Position numbers and translations under genes: made by a program
DNA from: Octopus vulgaris
Taxonomy: Eukaryota
DNA length: 64,000 nt
Direction of reading: 5' to 3'
Assembly (NCBI GenBank): GCA_951406725.2
Contig: OX597820.1
Span: 107,818,001-107,882,000, forward strand
In this document: piece by piece, positions 1 to 12,524 of the stretch
How positions within the stretch are numbered: the stretch's first letter is position 1
Layout: every line of letters starts with the position of its first letter
Notes under the pieces: model-generated
The model's database searches: none
What the model was told of the DNA's origin: nothing
Seen by the model: the letters and a program-made list of their open reading frames with translations, nothing else

Positions 1-1075
1 TTTAATATCAGGCGCTTTGCTGCAAAAACAAAGGTATTTACCTCTATCATAAGAAACCTTTTGTATGCAGATGATTGTGATCTAGTAGCACACACAGAGA
101 TCGATATGCAACAAATTTTGAATGCATACTCTGACAGTCAATCTCAAGAAAACTGTTGTCATGTACCAACCTGCCCCTGGTAAGCAGTATAGTGTACCAA
201 ATATCTATGTGTATGGTAAACGACTTGATGTAGTTGATCAGTTTGTCTACCTGGGAAGCACTGTTAATAGATGTAGCACTTTGGATGATGAAATTCCAAT
301 CAGAATTAGGAAAGCGAGTGATGCTTTCGGAAGGCTAAAAAGGTGCCTCTGGAGTCGGCAAGACATATGCAGAAAGACAAAGATAAAGGTGTACAAGATA
401 TGTGTGCTCCCTTCTCTTCTCTATGCCTGCGAGACGTGGGTCACATATCAATACCACCTTAAACAACTGGAACGTTTCTATCAGATGTGTCTCAGACGGA
501 ATATATGGCATTAAGTGGGAGGACCGCATCAGTGATCTTGAAATATTGGAAGGCTCTTGGTGCGAAAGTATAGAAGCTCTTGTGTTAAAGCAAAGGCTCA
601 GATGGAGTGATCATCTGGTCAGGATGAAGGATTCAAGGATGCCAAAACAACTCTTTTATGGAGAGTTAGCTAAAGGAGAACAACCCCCACATAAACCAAA
701 AAAGAGGTATAAGGACTTGCTGAAGGCTTCCTTAAGAGATGCTTGCATCTCTCCTGATACATGGGAGGGCATAGCTATTGATCGTAGCAGGTGGAGAAGG
801 ATAGTGCACAAGGGGACTGCTACTTTTGAGAAATCTTGAGTTGCACATGAGAAAGTAAGGAGGATTGTCAGGAAGGGCTTCGCTGTTACACTTCCAGATG
901 GGAAGGGTCTTCCTATGATGCTGACATGCAGTGTCTGTGCAAGACCCTGCCTCAGTAAAGCTGGACTCAAGAGTCATCTTCGTAGTCATAAAACGAGGCA
1001 GATGAGTGACAACCTGGCCACTGGTGGTGGTGTGACACACCATACTAATCATGTGGAAGAGAGTGTAATTCAGCA
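1..1075 (+). mobile_element. RTE-clade LINE, 3' part (RT C-terminus plus C2H2 finger), frameshifted; in a CTNS intron
   Basis: LLYADDC-like motif near 58-80, FVYLGS, LLYACETW, RLRWSDHLVRM..RMPKQLFYGEL and terminal CSVCARPCLSKAGLKSHLRSH. Confidence 0.88.
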
Positions 1076-1587
1076 GGAGGACTTAAACGACATGCAAAGG
1101 TACATGAAGCCCAGTTACAACTACAGCCGGCTATTACCAGTAAAGGTATTAGCTGCCAATTCTGTACAAGACTAAAAAGTCACATTCGATCACAGCACCA
1201 ATAACAGTTAAGCTTTGTGCAATGGCCATACTCGATAATGAGGGGCAACCATCATATATATATATATATATAGAAAGAGAGAGAGAGAGAGAGATACACA
1301 CAGACACACACACATACACATATGATATACCAGGGAGGAATACCTCAAGTATATTAAGCTCATGTTAACCTAGCATACCTGAGAAGTCATTATTGCTATT
1401 CTTCAGGAGTTCAAACTCACATGAGACTGCTTTTGCATTTATATTTTATAGTCAATAAAAACAAATGCCAGTAAAGAATACAATAGATTAAATTGTCTAC
1501 AACTCACCAACAATATTTATAGTCATATACAATATTAATGCAAAAAATTATTAATTTAAATTGTTTTTTTGTTTTTTTTTTTGGTAG

Positions 1588-1758
1588 CGTGGAACTCAAA
1601 AAGTATCCAAGATTGGTCAAGTGATTATAATCCTAATGATGCTATTTATTTTTATTTCCTTAATTGTTGCTGGAGCAAAGGCAATTAATTGGTTACAGTT
1701 TCTGTATTACCTATCCTATGTCAAGTTATTTGTCACTTTTATCAAATACATACCTCAG
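1588..1758 (+). CDS. CTNS: Cystinosin homologue, internal exon (equivalent to human exon 10)
   Basis: Poly-T tract with AG at 1586-1587 and GTAAGT at 1759. The 171-nt phase-0 exon translates RGTQKVSKIGQVIIILMMLFIFISLIVAGAKAINWLQFLYYLSYVKLFVTFIKYIPQ, matching human RGGQRVS...[23 protein letters not shown] (second PQ-loop). Not in the ORF track. Confidence 0.95.
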
Positions 1759-2629
1759 GTAAGTAAATATTTCCAACTTTATTGATTAACCATTTTTTAT
1801 ATTGATCTATGAGTACCTGGTTCAGTTGGGTACCTTTCATCTTCATATTGTGTTTCTTACATTGCACTCTCTTGTCTTTTTCACATAGCTCTTAATGGCT
1901 CAGTTTACTAACTGTAAATTGGTCACCACAAGGTCATATAGTTTAGTGTTGTAAGCAGTGACTATACTAACACTTAATACTATTTCGTTGAGTCACTGAG
2001 GAAACTGAGCAAATCTTATCTGCAATAGACAAATATCTTATTCATGGTTGTGATTTATTTCTCAGTTGTTGTACAGCCCAAAAGTGATTTCTGAACAATA
2101 GTGTCATTGATCACATTTCAAAATAGTCTACCACAGATTTCTGTCAGTGAGAATGACAAGATATCTGTTACTCGGTCTACAGCAAACAGCTCTGGAAACC
2201 TTCTTCCGAAAGTAGTGGTTTTGCAGCTTCCTCTCTATGTTTATATCTTTTGCTGAAAGATATTGGGAAAGGATATTTGTGCATGCACACGCATACACAA
2301 TGCACATGTGCACACACAGAGCTTTTGCACAACTTTTATGTACCAAATACCATTTACAAGATATTAGCACACCTGATGCTGTGGTTGGAGAAACTTGTCC
2401 AAAGGGTCATGTAGTGAGATGAAACCCAGAACTATATGTTTGTGAAGCAAACTTCTTAACTACATGGTCATTGCTGTCACTGTTGTTACTATAGAGACCA
2501 GAATGATGTGGTAGCTCACTGGATTGCATTAGACTTCAGTATATATCAGATAAATAAGACTTGGGATTCAGTATCTGTTATACTGGAAGATAAAATAAAA
2601 AAGTCTATCTTTGGTATATAATATGTGTG

Positions 2630-2996
2630 TGTCGGAGAAGGATATGGTTAAGAAGTTAGCTTCCCAACCACGTTTCAGGTCCAGGACTATTGGCTAGCAC
2701 CTTCAGCTAGTGTTTTCTATCACATATGTACACATATGTGTGTGAGGTGCGTGTATGTTTGTATCTCCTTGTCTCGACACCACATGATAGTTGTAAATGA
2801 GTGCTCCTATCATACAAGCAGTGTTTTTCATTTCCAATATTTTGCAAAAATATGTATGGTCATGAGGAAATATTACTTTGCTTGGGAACAGGTGAGGGTT
2901 GGCAACAGGAAAGGCATCCAGCCTTAGAAAATCTGTTTCATAAATTCCATTTAACTCATGTAAGCATGGAAAAGTGAACATTAAAACTATGATGAT
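2630..2996 (+). mobile_element. SINE-like repeat with RTE-derived 3' tail (related copies at ~8310-8535, ~13890-14116, ~59960-60170)
   Basis: Shared blocks such as gaaatattaccttgcttggaaacaggtgagggttgg...gaagggcatccagcc and the tail gcatggaaaagtg(g/a)acattaaaa-(gat)n, which resembles the RTE LINE 3' end at 48250-48306. Confidence 0.7.
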
Positions 2997-3599
2997 ATAT
3001 ATATATATATATATATACATACACACACAAACACATACATATTTTACACACACACAAACATATATATAGTCAGTTTGAGGCTATAGTGTCCTTTTTAGGG
3101 ATTATAAAATCCAAAGATCAACTGATGTTATAAATGATATATTGGGAGAATCCTCTCAATATATAGGGATAGATAGTTTAATATACATTTATTACTATAA
3201 GAAAAGGGAGAAAACATATTGTGGATACTTATTTTATTTGTATCACAATATGAACATATCAAATAGTTTAATACAAATAAAATTTAAATGAACATACATC
3301 ATCATCATCATCATCATCAAGTATAAGAAGTACCTACACATGTTTCAATCAGGTCACTATATAAACAGTTCTTCGGAGGATTCAAACCATGTTAAGAGTT
3401 TTTGATGTAAAAAATAACAAATAGCATATATGTATATCTATGTGAATATGTATATACTAGCTGGTCTACCTGGTAATTCCTGGGGGTAAAGATATTCTGT
3501 TGAAACACTTTATGACTCTGATATAAGAAAGCAATTTCGTTATAACTGCCACAAAAGGTGTATTATCCGTTACAAAAACATACAAAAACTGTCAGCTGG

Positions 3600-3742
3600 A
3601 GGAAGGAGAGATTGTTGGAGGTTGGCAAGAGAGATTTTCAGATGTTGTCTAGAGAGGTTGTCAAGAAAGGTTTTCGGAGGTTGGCGAGAGAGGTTGCTGG
3701 AAGCTGGCGAGAGAGATTGTCGGAGGTTGTCAGAGGGAGAGG
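3600..3742. repeat. Degenerate ~23-bp minisatellite inside the Helitron
   Basis: Recurrent gagagattgt(t/c)ggaggttg(g/t)c units. Confidence 0.65.
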
Positions 3743-5157
3743 CATCTTTGTTCCAAAATTTCAGTGTTGCAGAGCTTCATGATACACAATGTTTTTGGTT
3801 TTGCTATTGGGTGCATAGAGGAGTAGATTTTTCCGGATTTCCAACTCTAGATTATCTGTGAGAAAAAGCAGTTTCTGCAAGATTAAGGCCTACCACTTCC
3901 AATGTCTGACCCTGTGCTTTGTTGATGCAATCAGAGGAATCTTTGGAATGAAAACATCTTCACCACTTGCTTTCCCAGTTAGTATTGTTGCCTCCAACAC
4001 TATCTGCATCAATTTTTTTGATAATAAGTCTCATGCCATTGCATAATTTTGGAGGATCGAGGTTTCTTAAAAGCACAACTGGGGCTCCAACCTTTAGATG
4101 CAATTCATGCAGCAGTAGATCCAAAGGTGCAAGACTATTGAGGAATTCAATAGGGTAATGAACAGCATCATTGGTGTGGAGCACAGTATCAATTGACTTG
4201 TATGTACGACAATCACCAGGCAGTTGTTCCAGAAGGTGATTGTTTATGCTATCTACTGCAACATTTTTAGGCTCCAAAATTGCACATTTTCTAAGCCAAC
4301 AATGGTTTTTGAATTGCGTGTTCAGATTAGGGAAAACTCTCACCAATAGTTCATGTATATTTGACACCAAATTGCCAAAGGGTGAACTAATCTTCCCATC
4401 CTGCTCAACAATTACAGCACCATTTCCAATATCCCTGCACATAATCACCTAACTACACTCTCATGTTTGTTGTGAGTTTCAACTTTCTAACTTTGCCCCA
4501 AAGGTATGAAGATTTGATGCCCACATTTACCTCATCTGCTCTTGTTCTCTTTGCAATGACTGGGAGTTTTTGTTGAAAGTTGCCTGCAAGGAGTACTGTT
4601 AGGCTGCCCATTAGCCTTGAGTTGTACCTCAGATTTTGAAGTAATCTGTCAAGAACCTCAAAATCCCCCTTATGACACATTGTCACTTCATCCCAAATGA
4701 TCAGTTTGCACTCGGTGTGAATTTTTGCTTTTGTGATATTGCAGGTTGCTATGTCTTTTTTTGCAAGGTCCAGAGGCAATTTGAAGTGCGAATGAGCTGT
4801 GCGTCCACCATTTAACAAAGTTGCAGCTGTTCCACTTAATGCCACCGCAAGAGCTATCTGCTTATTTTGTTGCAGCTTCACCAAAACAAGATTGATGATA
4901 AATGTTTTGCCAGTTCCACCTGGAGAATCAAGAAAGAAGAGATTACCTGTCTCACTATGAATAGATGAACTAATGGATTCTAAGGCAGTTTTTTGATCCT
5001 TGTTCAATTTGTGTTCATTATCAGCCACAAACGTTGCCATTTCTTTGACATCATAATTGATCTCCCATACATATTCAATGTCAAGGGTTCCAGGTGACAC
5101 ATCTGGTTGAGGCAGACCAAAAGCAGCAACTCTACTGCCACCCATGGATTTCACTCA

Positions 5158-6052
5158 GTTGTTATTTATAACTATCAAAAAGCAGCCAGAAGGATAGACA
5201 TATTGTTATCTCCATTCCAGCTCCTGGTGGCCTAGAAGAGGTTAGAAGGGTCAAACGGCAAAGATATTATTCTGCTTAGCGGAGGCATCTGGGAAATGTA
5301 TAACTGCTGTCATTCATAGAAAAACTATCGTTTTACCATGAGGAAAGCACTGCTGAAGTGTTAAGTGAAATTTGGTAATTGAGGATGGAATCCATGCTAT
5401 GCCTGCATGAAGCCACTACAAATACTTAGTGGAACAAAAAATTTATCTACTGTCACGGAGAAAGTCTAACTGTAAAAATGCACAATTATCGGAGCAATGG
5501 GCATTCAAAAAAGTATGTATGTATAGAAATGTATGAATGAAGAGATTCAAATTAAGGAAGTGCAATAATAATGTTTAGCAGTTCAAAACTGTGAGTAGTG
5601 AAATGCAGAATTAGGTCAACTGATTATTGGTTCAAAGTAATAGAACATAAAAAATAAAATGGGTTAGAAAGTGCAGTAATAACATTCACACTCACTGGTG
5701 GCCACTGTCAGTAATTGCCTTTAGCTTACGGAGTTCTTGTTTTTATAACTATCAAAAAGCAGCCAGAAGGATAGACATATTGTTGAGAACAAATGATTTC
5801 ACTGATGGTCTGTTATCTCCATTCCAGCCCCTGGTGGCCTGGGAGAGGTTAGGAGGGTCAAGTGGCAAAGACATTATTCTGCTCAATGGAGGCATATGGG
5901 AAATGTATAACTGCTGTCATTCATAGAAAAACTATTGTTTTACCATGAGAAAAGCGGTGTTGAAGTGTTAAGTGAAATTTGGCAATTGAGTATCAAACCT
6001 ATGCTATGCCTGCATGAAACCACTACAAATATGTTGTGGAAAATATTTTCTA
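5158..6052. repeat. ~300-bp direct duplication inside the Helitron (copies ~5158-5452 and ~5732-6052)
   Basis: tttataactatcaaaaagcagccagaaggatagacatattgtt...atgctatgcctgcatgaa.ccactacaaata occurs twice. The second copy has an extra ~30 nt. Confidence 0.85.
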
Positions 6053-6569
6053 CCCTGTATATATATATATATATATATATATAACATAAGATTGTGAGTC
6101 TTATACTTTTCAGGCATGGCCTGTTAACATAGACTCGCAATGGATGAGTCATTAGTGCAATGGTTTTCTTATCAAAATGGTTGATATGCATTTTTGGAAC
6201 ACTGACAAAACACTTTATTACTGGGTTCATTAAGCTAGTTATAAATGAGAGATATATACTTGACTGGAGGTTTAAGAGGTTTTTTTTAACTTAAAGTATT
6301 TGAACTCGTTCTCTGTTATTTTAAAAATTAATTGAAACAAAGGAAGTGTATTTCAACAGAAAAATTTTAACAAAAGGGTTAATTATCATTACTTTGTCAT
6401 TTGAGTGATCATCATTGTCATCATGTTGTTGGTGTTGAGGTTGATGGTGGTTGTAGTGGTTGCAAGCCCTTTAAGGGACTATATACCTTTTCCCATAAAC
6501 CTGTACTTGCCTTTGAGAAGCTGGACTGCTCCTGTGTAATCAGTTCTTAGTGAATGTATATCTAATTAT

Positions 6570-6740
6570 GTAGACATGTCATTAGCATCATCATCTTCAT
6601 TATACTAATCATTATTGTCACTAACACCTTAATCAACTTCACTAACACTACTGTCACCATAACCACAACCACCATCAATACCATCATCATCATTATCCTC
6701 ATTATCTGAATCATCGCCATCATCCTCAGAACAACAATTA
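6570..6740. repeat. Degenerate (CAT/CAC/AAC)n triplet low-complexity tract
   Basis: Direct inspection. Confidence 0.6.
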
Positions 6741-7332
6741 ATACCTTCAACCTGACATAAATTACAGCATTTCTCTACACATGTCCATTCCATCTCATCT
6801 ATCAAAGAACATTTCTATATACAAATGAATGACTTTCTATAATTCTTTGACCTCTGACTCTAACTACCACATATGATAATGTTGTTGTTGTTGTTGTTCT
6901 TTAGTCTTCGGTCATCCTCAGTGGAGTAAATCTATGGTCAAAAGCACTCCACTGATGGCCATCCCATCTTTTAAGGGTATCTAAGACAACATCAACCAAT
7001 ATCTTCTTTGTTTAAAACAGTGGAGATTTGACTCAAAGGTGAGTTAGCTGCTATTTCCATCAGATCAATGGACTGCATATATGCTTCTTTGTTGGTTTGG
7101 GGTACGCATCAACTTTTACATAATACCCATACCAGAATGCAGGGTGTGGGCTCTCTTCTAAGTAGGGACCTAGTCTATGAGAAGTGCTGGATGAGAGAGT
7201 CTCACCTTGCCAATCAAGCAAACATTTTGTCATAGGTTTCCTAGATAAGGAATGACCAAAGATGCTCGACAGCAATAACAACATCAACTGATAAGTTTAT
7301 TTTTTACGTTAATGAATGTCTTTTACTTTTAG

Positions 7333-7450
7333 TGTCATATGAATTGTGTAAGACGGAGTACAGAAGGATGGAGCATATGGGGTGTCTTGATGGATTTTAC
7401 TGGTGGTACTTTTAGTATTTTACAAATGTTTCTACTTTCATATAACAACG
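7333..7450 (+). CDS. CTNS: Cystinosin homologue, internal exon (equivalent to human exon 11)
   Basis: ttttactttt-AG acceptor and GTGAGT donor. 118 nt, translating [39 protein letters not shown]+G, matching human [39 protein letters not shown]. Ends in phase 1. Confidence 0.96.
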
Positions 7451-8645
7451 GTGAGTATAGTTTGGTACTTTTGCTGTTAGACATTTCTATTTCACAATGC
7501 TACATATCAACCCATGCTAGCATGGAAAGCAGACATTAAATGATGATGATGAATGGTACCAACTTTATCCCTATATGGACTGATGCCAAGTTCCCGCCAA
7601 AATTAGAATTTGTAAAAATCACCAAAATAGAAGGTCTCCTGCACTAACAAGCTCTTCTTATTTATGCAGTGGCTAGATCTCCCTTAACAAAGGGTCTAGT
7701 AGTTCCATGAACGACTCCTTATTCTCTTAAAAATGAGGACAACTTATGAATTAACTGTTAAGATTTCAATGTCAATGATATTAATCTTGATAAGAACAAA
7801 TCTGAGGCAGAAAAAGATCAATGTGCTCACTGACAGAATTTGAACTTTGTATCTATGAGCTGTCAGGTAAGCCTCATTATTAATTACAAAGCAGAGTTGC
7901 TATCATTAAATCTTCTTAAATTAGGTACTACAGGCTGATAATCCTTCATCTGAAATCCAGAATCCTCCAAAATCTATTAGATGTTGGAGAAAGCACCAAA
8001 ATGGGAAGCAGTAGGAAGGTTCCTATGTGATGTACAGTTGTTGGTGGGGGAGGAACATCTGTTGGGTCATCAGCTACAGGGAATGACCCTGTGTTCAGCT
8101 TGGTAGCTTAGTTTGACACCAGTTTATTGTTAGCAACTGCCAGAGCAATACCTTCATGTGTGCATTACTTAACACATACCTTGTGTTCTTTGGGTTAAAA
8201 ATAGTAAAAACCTGCAGTTATCTCTAAGGATGACAGTGGAGAGAAAAAATTCACAGTGTAGAAAAACTTTGACAGCATTGTGTGCGTGTGTGTGTGTGTT
8301 TGTATATACTTTTAATGACATCGTGATAGTTGTAAAATGAGAATCACTGGCATACAGAAAGTGTTGTCTGTTTCCATTGTTTTTGTGGAAACATGTCCAG
8401 CCATGAGAAAATATTACCTTGCTTGGAAATAAATGAGGTTGTCAACAAGAAGGGCATCCAGCCTCAGAAAATTTCCATCAACAAGTTCCATCAGACCCGT
8501 GTAAGCATGAAAAAGGGGAAATTGAATTATGATGATGTGTGTGTGTAGATATATATATATATATATGGTGGTGCTATTAAGTTAGACATGGCCTGGGCCA
8601 ATAATGGCCGAAACCTATCAAAGTATCAAAGTATCAAAGTATATA

Positions 8646-9893
8646 TGAGGGTGAGTCAAAAATTATACACACTCTTGTTTCTGTAATTTATTAAAACAAA
8701 AGCAAGGGTTGAACACTTACATCATTTTTTGGCATAGTCTTCTTGCTTTTCAATGCACTTATTCCATCAAAGAAGGTTTTTGCTGACCATGCAACCATTT
8801 ACACACCACTTCTTTCATTTCTTTGTCCCTAGAAAATCAGTGACCTCATAAAGGATGTGTGAGTTGTCCAAAGAGGTGATAACTGGAAGAGACAAGATCT
8901 GGACTGTATGCAGGGTGTTCCAACAACTTGAAACTCAATTTTTCAATGATTTCAACTGTGTAGTTGTGCATTGTTGAGCTACAATAACACTTTAACAGAC
9001 CTCAGCATTTAATGTAAATTGCTGGGTTTCAGATTGTTGGCCAGCATTTCACTGTATCGTACACTGGTGACTGTAGACCCTTTGCCTGGCAATGTTCGAG
9101 TATAGGTCCTTTTGTGTCCCAAGAAACATCACTTTTTCTGTAGAAGGTTGAACCTTGAATTTCTTTTTCACTAGCGATTCTGAGTGGTTCTGCTCCATAC
9201 TCTGCCTTTTGGATTCTGGCTCAAAGTGATGGACCCAGGTCTTGTTGCCTGTGACTATTCTCTCCAAAAATGCTTTGCCTTCATTGTTGTAGCAGTCAAG
9301 TAAGCATTGGTGGAACTCCACATAATTGCGCTTATATGCTCTCTTGGCTCTCTTGGCACCAATCTTGCCCAGAATCTATGGTAGCAAAACTTGGTGTGGA
9401 TGATTTCATATGCAGAGCCATGATTAATTTTCAGAGAATATGCCACCTTGTCGACAATCACCTGTCAGTTCACCAGAACCATCTCTTAAGCTTGTTGAAT
9501 CTTCACATCAGTGCTGGTGATTGATGATCATCCTGCACCCTCTTGCTGCTTCATATTTGTCCAACTATTTTTAAATTCCCTGATCCATTCATACACACTT
9601 CTATGCAGTAGAGCACTGCCCCCATATTGTACTGAAAGCCTGTGATAAATTTCATCTCCTGACACACCTTCAGACCAGAGAAATCAGATCACTGGTCTCT
9701 GTTCTCTTTTGGTGCACACTGCCAGTGGAGCAGCTGTGTTCACTCTGTAACACAAGAAAGAAAACTGGAGCAGTCTAGGTCAAATTTCAGTTGCATAACT
9801 ACTGGAACATCACCTTTTAGCACACAAGTGCTGAAGACAGTGCAGCTAAACTAAAGAAAATTTTGGTAAAAATCCAGATAATTTTTAACTTCG

Positions 9894-9898
<5 letters not shown>
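8646..9898 (-). mobile_element. Mariner transposon, decayed
   Basis: TA-flanked imperfect TIRs (tgagggtgagtcaaaaattat / ataatttttaacttcgtctca), about 1.25 kb. Transposase fragments ARLVPRE, FLERIVTGNKTWVHHFEPESKRQS and a HPAYSPDLVSSSY-like motif near 8880-8920. Confidence 0.88.
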
Positions 9899-9935
<37 letters not shown>

Positions 9936-10312
9936 TCGTCATCATCAATTAATGTCCATTTTCCAAGCGAGCATAAGCTGAACTGTTTGACAGGGAACCA
10001 GCAAGTTGCAAGGCTGCATCAAGCTCTTGTGTCATCTTTGGCATAGTTTCTATGGCTGGATACTCTTCCTAATGCAAGCCACATTACAGAATGAACTGGA
10101 AGCTATTCTTGCACCACCAGCACTGCTGTCAACTAGGAGAGCTAGTTCCTTTATTGCGAGTTGGTCCAATGTACAGGCATGAGTGTGTGGTTAAAAAGTA
10201 AACCATGTACTTTATATATTATATGTGTGTGTGTGTGTACTTTATTTATATATATATATAAACACCTTGCATATATGTATACCTTATATGCGTGTGTATG
10301 TGTGTGTGTGTG

Positions 10313-10612
10313 TGAAGGCACATGGCTTATGTTTAAGGTGTTGCACTCACAATTGCAAGATTGTGGGTTTGATTCCCAGACCAGACATTGCATTGTGTTC
10401 TTGAGCAAAGCACTTCATTTCATGTTGCTCTGCGATCATTTTGATATCTGACGTAGCACCCAGTTGCACCTGTATAGGTAATGTCAATTTGATGGAGGGA
10501 GTGAGTTTGTGTCTACACAAACATTTGATCACTATAAACAAATTGTCTGTGTGGTCATTCAGTAAGAAATTGTTGAACCCTCATATATTGTCTAATGACA
10601 GGAGAGTCCATT
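10313..10612 (+). mobile_element. tRNA-derived SINE
   Basis: tRNA-like head with A-box-like (tggcttatgtttaagg) and B-box-like (gggtttgattccc) motifs, the core tgtgttcttgagcaaagcactt, and a (TTA)n tail. Confidence 0.6.
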
Positions 10613-10693
10613 ATTATTATTATTATTATTTTGGTGCTATTAAGTTGGACATGGCCTGGGCCAATAATGGCCGAAACCTATCAAAGTATCAAA

Positions 10694-10724
<31 letters not shown>

Positions 10725-10727
<3 letters not shown>

Positions 10728-12171
10728 TCATCATCATCGTTTAACATCTGTTTTCCATGCTAGCCTGGGTTGGACGGTTTGACTGGGGTCTGGGAAGCCA
10801 AGAGGCTGCACCAGGCTCCAGTCTGATCTGGCAGTGTTTCTACAGCTGGATACCCTTCCTAACGCCAACCATTCCGTGAGTGTAGTGGGTGCTTTTTACA
10901 TGCCACTGGCACGGAAGCCAGTCAAGGAGGCACTGGCATCGGCTACATTCGGATGGTGCTTTTTACGTGCCACCGGCACAGGTATCACGACTACAATTTC
11001 CATTTGATTTTTTGGTGTTGATGTACTTGACTCAATAGGTCTCCTCAAGCACAGCAGGTCACCCTACAATATCAAGGTAAACACAGCAGGCCGTCCTGCG
11101 ATTCAAGGTACTTTGGATGGGCTGGGGCTTCTATGTGAAGCTAGTGCAGGAAACTGCCAAGAACTCACGTTATTTGTCAGGTCTTCACAGTCACAGCATA
11201 TCTCCAGAGGTCTCGGTCTTTTGTCATTGCCTCTGTGAGGCTAAATGTTCGGAGGTCATGCTTCACCACCTCATCCCATGTCTTCCTGGGTCTACCTCTA
11301 CCCCAGATACCTTCAACTGTTTGGGAGTGGCACTTCTTCACACATCTCTCCTCATCCATCCGCAGTACATGACCATAGCAGCGCAGACGTCTCTCTTGCA
11401 TGCCACATCCTATGCTTCTTATATCCAGCATTTCTCTCAGGGTGCTTACACTCTGTCGTGTGTGCACACTGACATAACACATCCAGCAGATCATGCTAGC
11501 TTCATTTCTTTCAAGCCTATGCATGTCCTCTGCAGTCACAGCCCATGTTTCACTACCGTGAAGCATGGTAGTTCGCACACATGCATCATACAGTCTACCT
11601 TTCACTCTGAGCGAGAGACCCTTTGTCGCCAGTAGGAGCTTTCTAAACTTTGCTCAGGCTATTCGTATTCTAGTGGTGACACTCTCTGAGCATCCACCTC
11701 CACTACTAACTTGGTCAACAAGGTAGCGGAAACTATCAACTTCTTCTAGTTTCTCCCCCTGAAGTGTGATGGAATCTGTTTTCTGAGTATCTGTGGTGTC
11801 TATTGCTCCCTGTGCATCTACTGCACAAGAAAGCTATCTTCTTGGTTAGTTTTCCTTTGATGTTGTTGCACCTTTTATGTGTCCATAGCTTGCACTGGGT
11901 GCATCTTATGGACTTTCTACCTACACCTTTACTACAGATTGAGCAGGGCCATCTACTAGAGGGGGTGTGTGGTGTGTTTGCCTTCCTACTTACTAGAACT
12001 TTGGTCTTTTCTATATTGACTCTAAGGCCTTTTGATTCTAAACCTAGCTTCCACACCCGAAATTTCTTTTCTAGTTCCGGTAGTGATTCTGCTATGAGGG
12101 CCAGGTCATTACCATAGAGGAGCTCCCAGGGGCAGCCCATCTTGAATTCCTCTGTTATTGCCTGGAGGACT

Positions 12172-12172
<1 letters not shown>
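10725..12172 (-). mobile_element. RTE-clade LINE, 5'-truncated (RT C-terminus, Cys-rich insert, 3' UTR, (GAT)n tail)
   Basis: ORFs 11736-12140 (PWELLYGNDLALIAES) and 11177-11605 (MLHGSETW, RGRPRKTW). Closely related to the copy at 45960-48306 and flanked by (TA)n on both sides. Confidence 0.9.
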
Positions 12173-12215
<43 letters not shown>

Positions 12216-12524
12216 TCATATGAGATAATTTTGATGAGAATTTAAGTTTAAATTTGGGGAAACAACTTAACCTAGTGTTTCATATAGTGACCAATTAACC
12301 CCTTCCACTAACCTATATTTTTTTGAGAACCCCTGAAAACAACCCAATAACCTGAAACTGACACATCTGATTAGAAAGTTCTATATGCATGAATAAATTC
12401 TGAACAATAACACAACTCCAAATTTAATTAACACCTCTCCATCACAACCTATCCTACAACCTTAATTACCATTTGATAGAGCTCCACCTCTGACAAAATT
12501 TTTTAACTTAACAGAGACTATATA

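Larger units (their letters stand above)
3457..6091 (-). mobile_element. Helitron, internally deleted, carrying PIF1-like helicase remnants
   Basis: Minus ORFs 4453-5154 (FLDSPGGTGKTF Walker A, GGRTAHSHFKLP, IIWDEVTM) and 3960-4448 (YPIEFLNSL, LLRNLDPPKLCNGMRL). The minus-strand 3' end reads ..cccaggaattaccaggtagaccagCTAG|T (decayed hairpin plus CTAG at 3457-3460). Candidate 5' end A|TC at 6091. Confidence 0.85.

Noticed and set aside
3960-5154. Host PIF1 helicase gene
   Set aside because: Intronless, broken by stops and frameshifts, bounded by Helitron-type termini, and inside a CTNS intron.
7451-7539. ORF-track extension of the CTNS exon (GEYSLVLLL...)
   Set aside because: This is read-through past the GTGAGT donor at 7451. 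Homology resumes at 14234.
7929-8260. Possible Tigger-like end (TA|CAGGCTGATAATCC)
   Set aside because: No matching second TIR or clear transposase sequence was visible.
10313-10385. tRNA gene
   Set aside because: No convincing cloverleaf. It continues into a SINE core and tail, so it is a SINE head.
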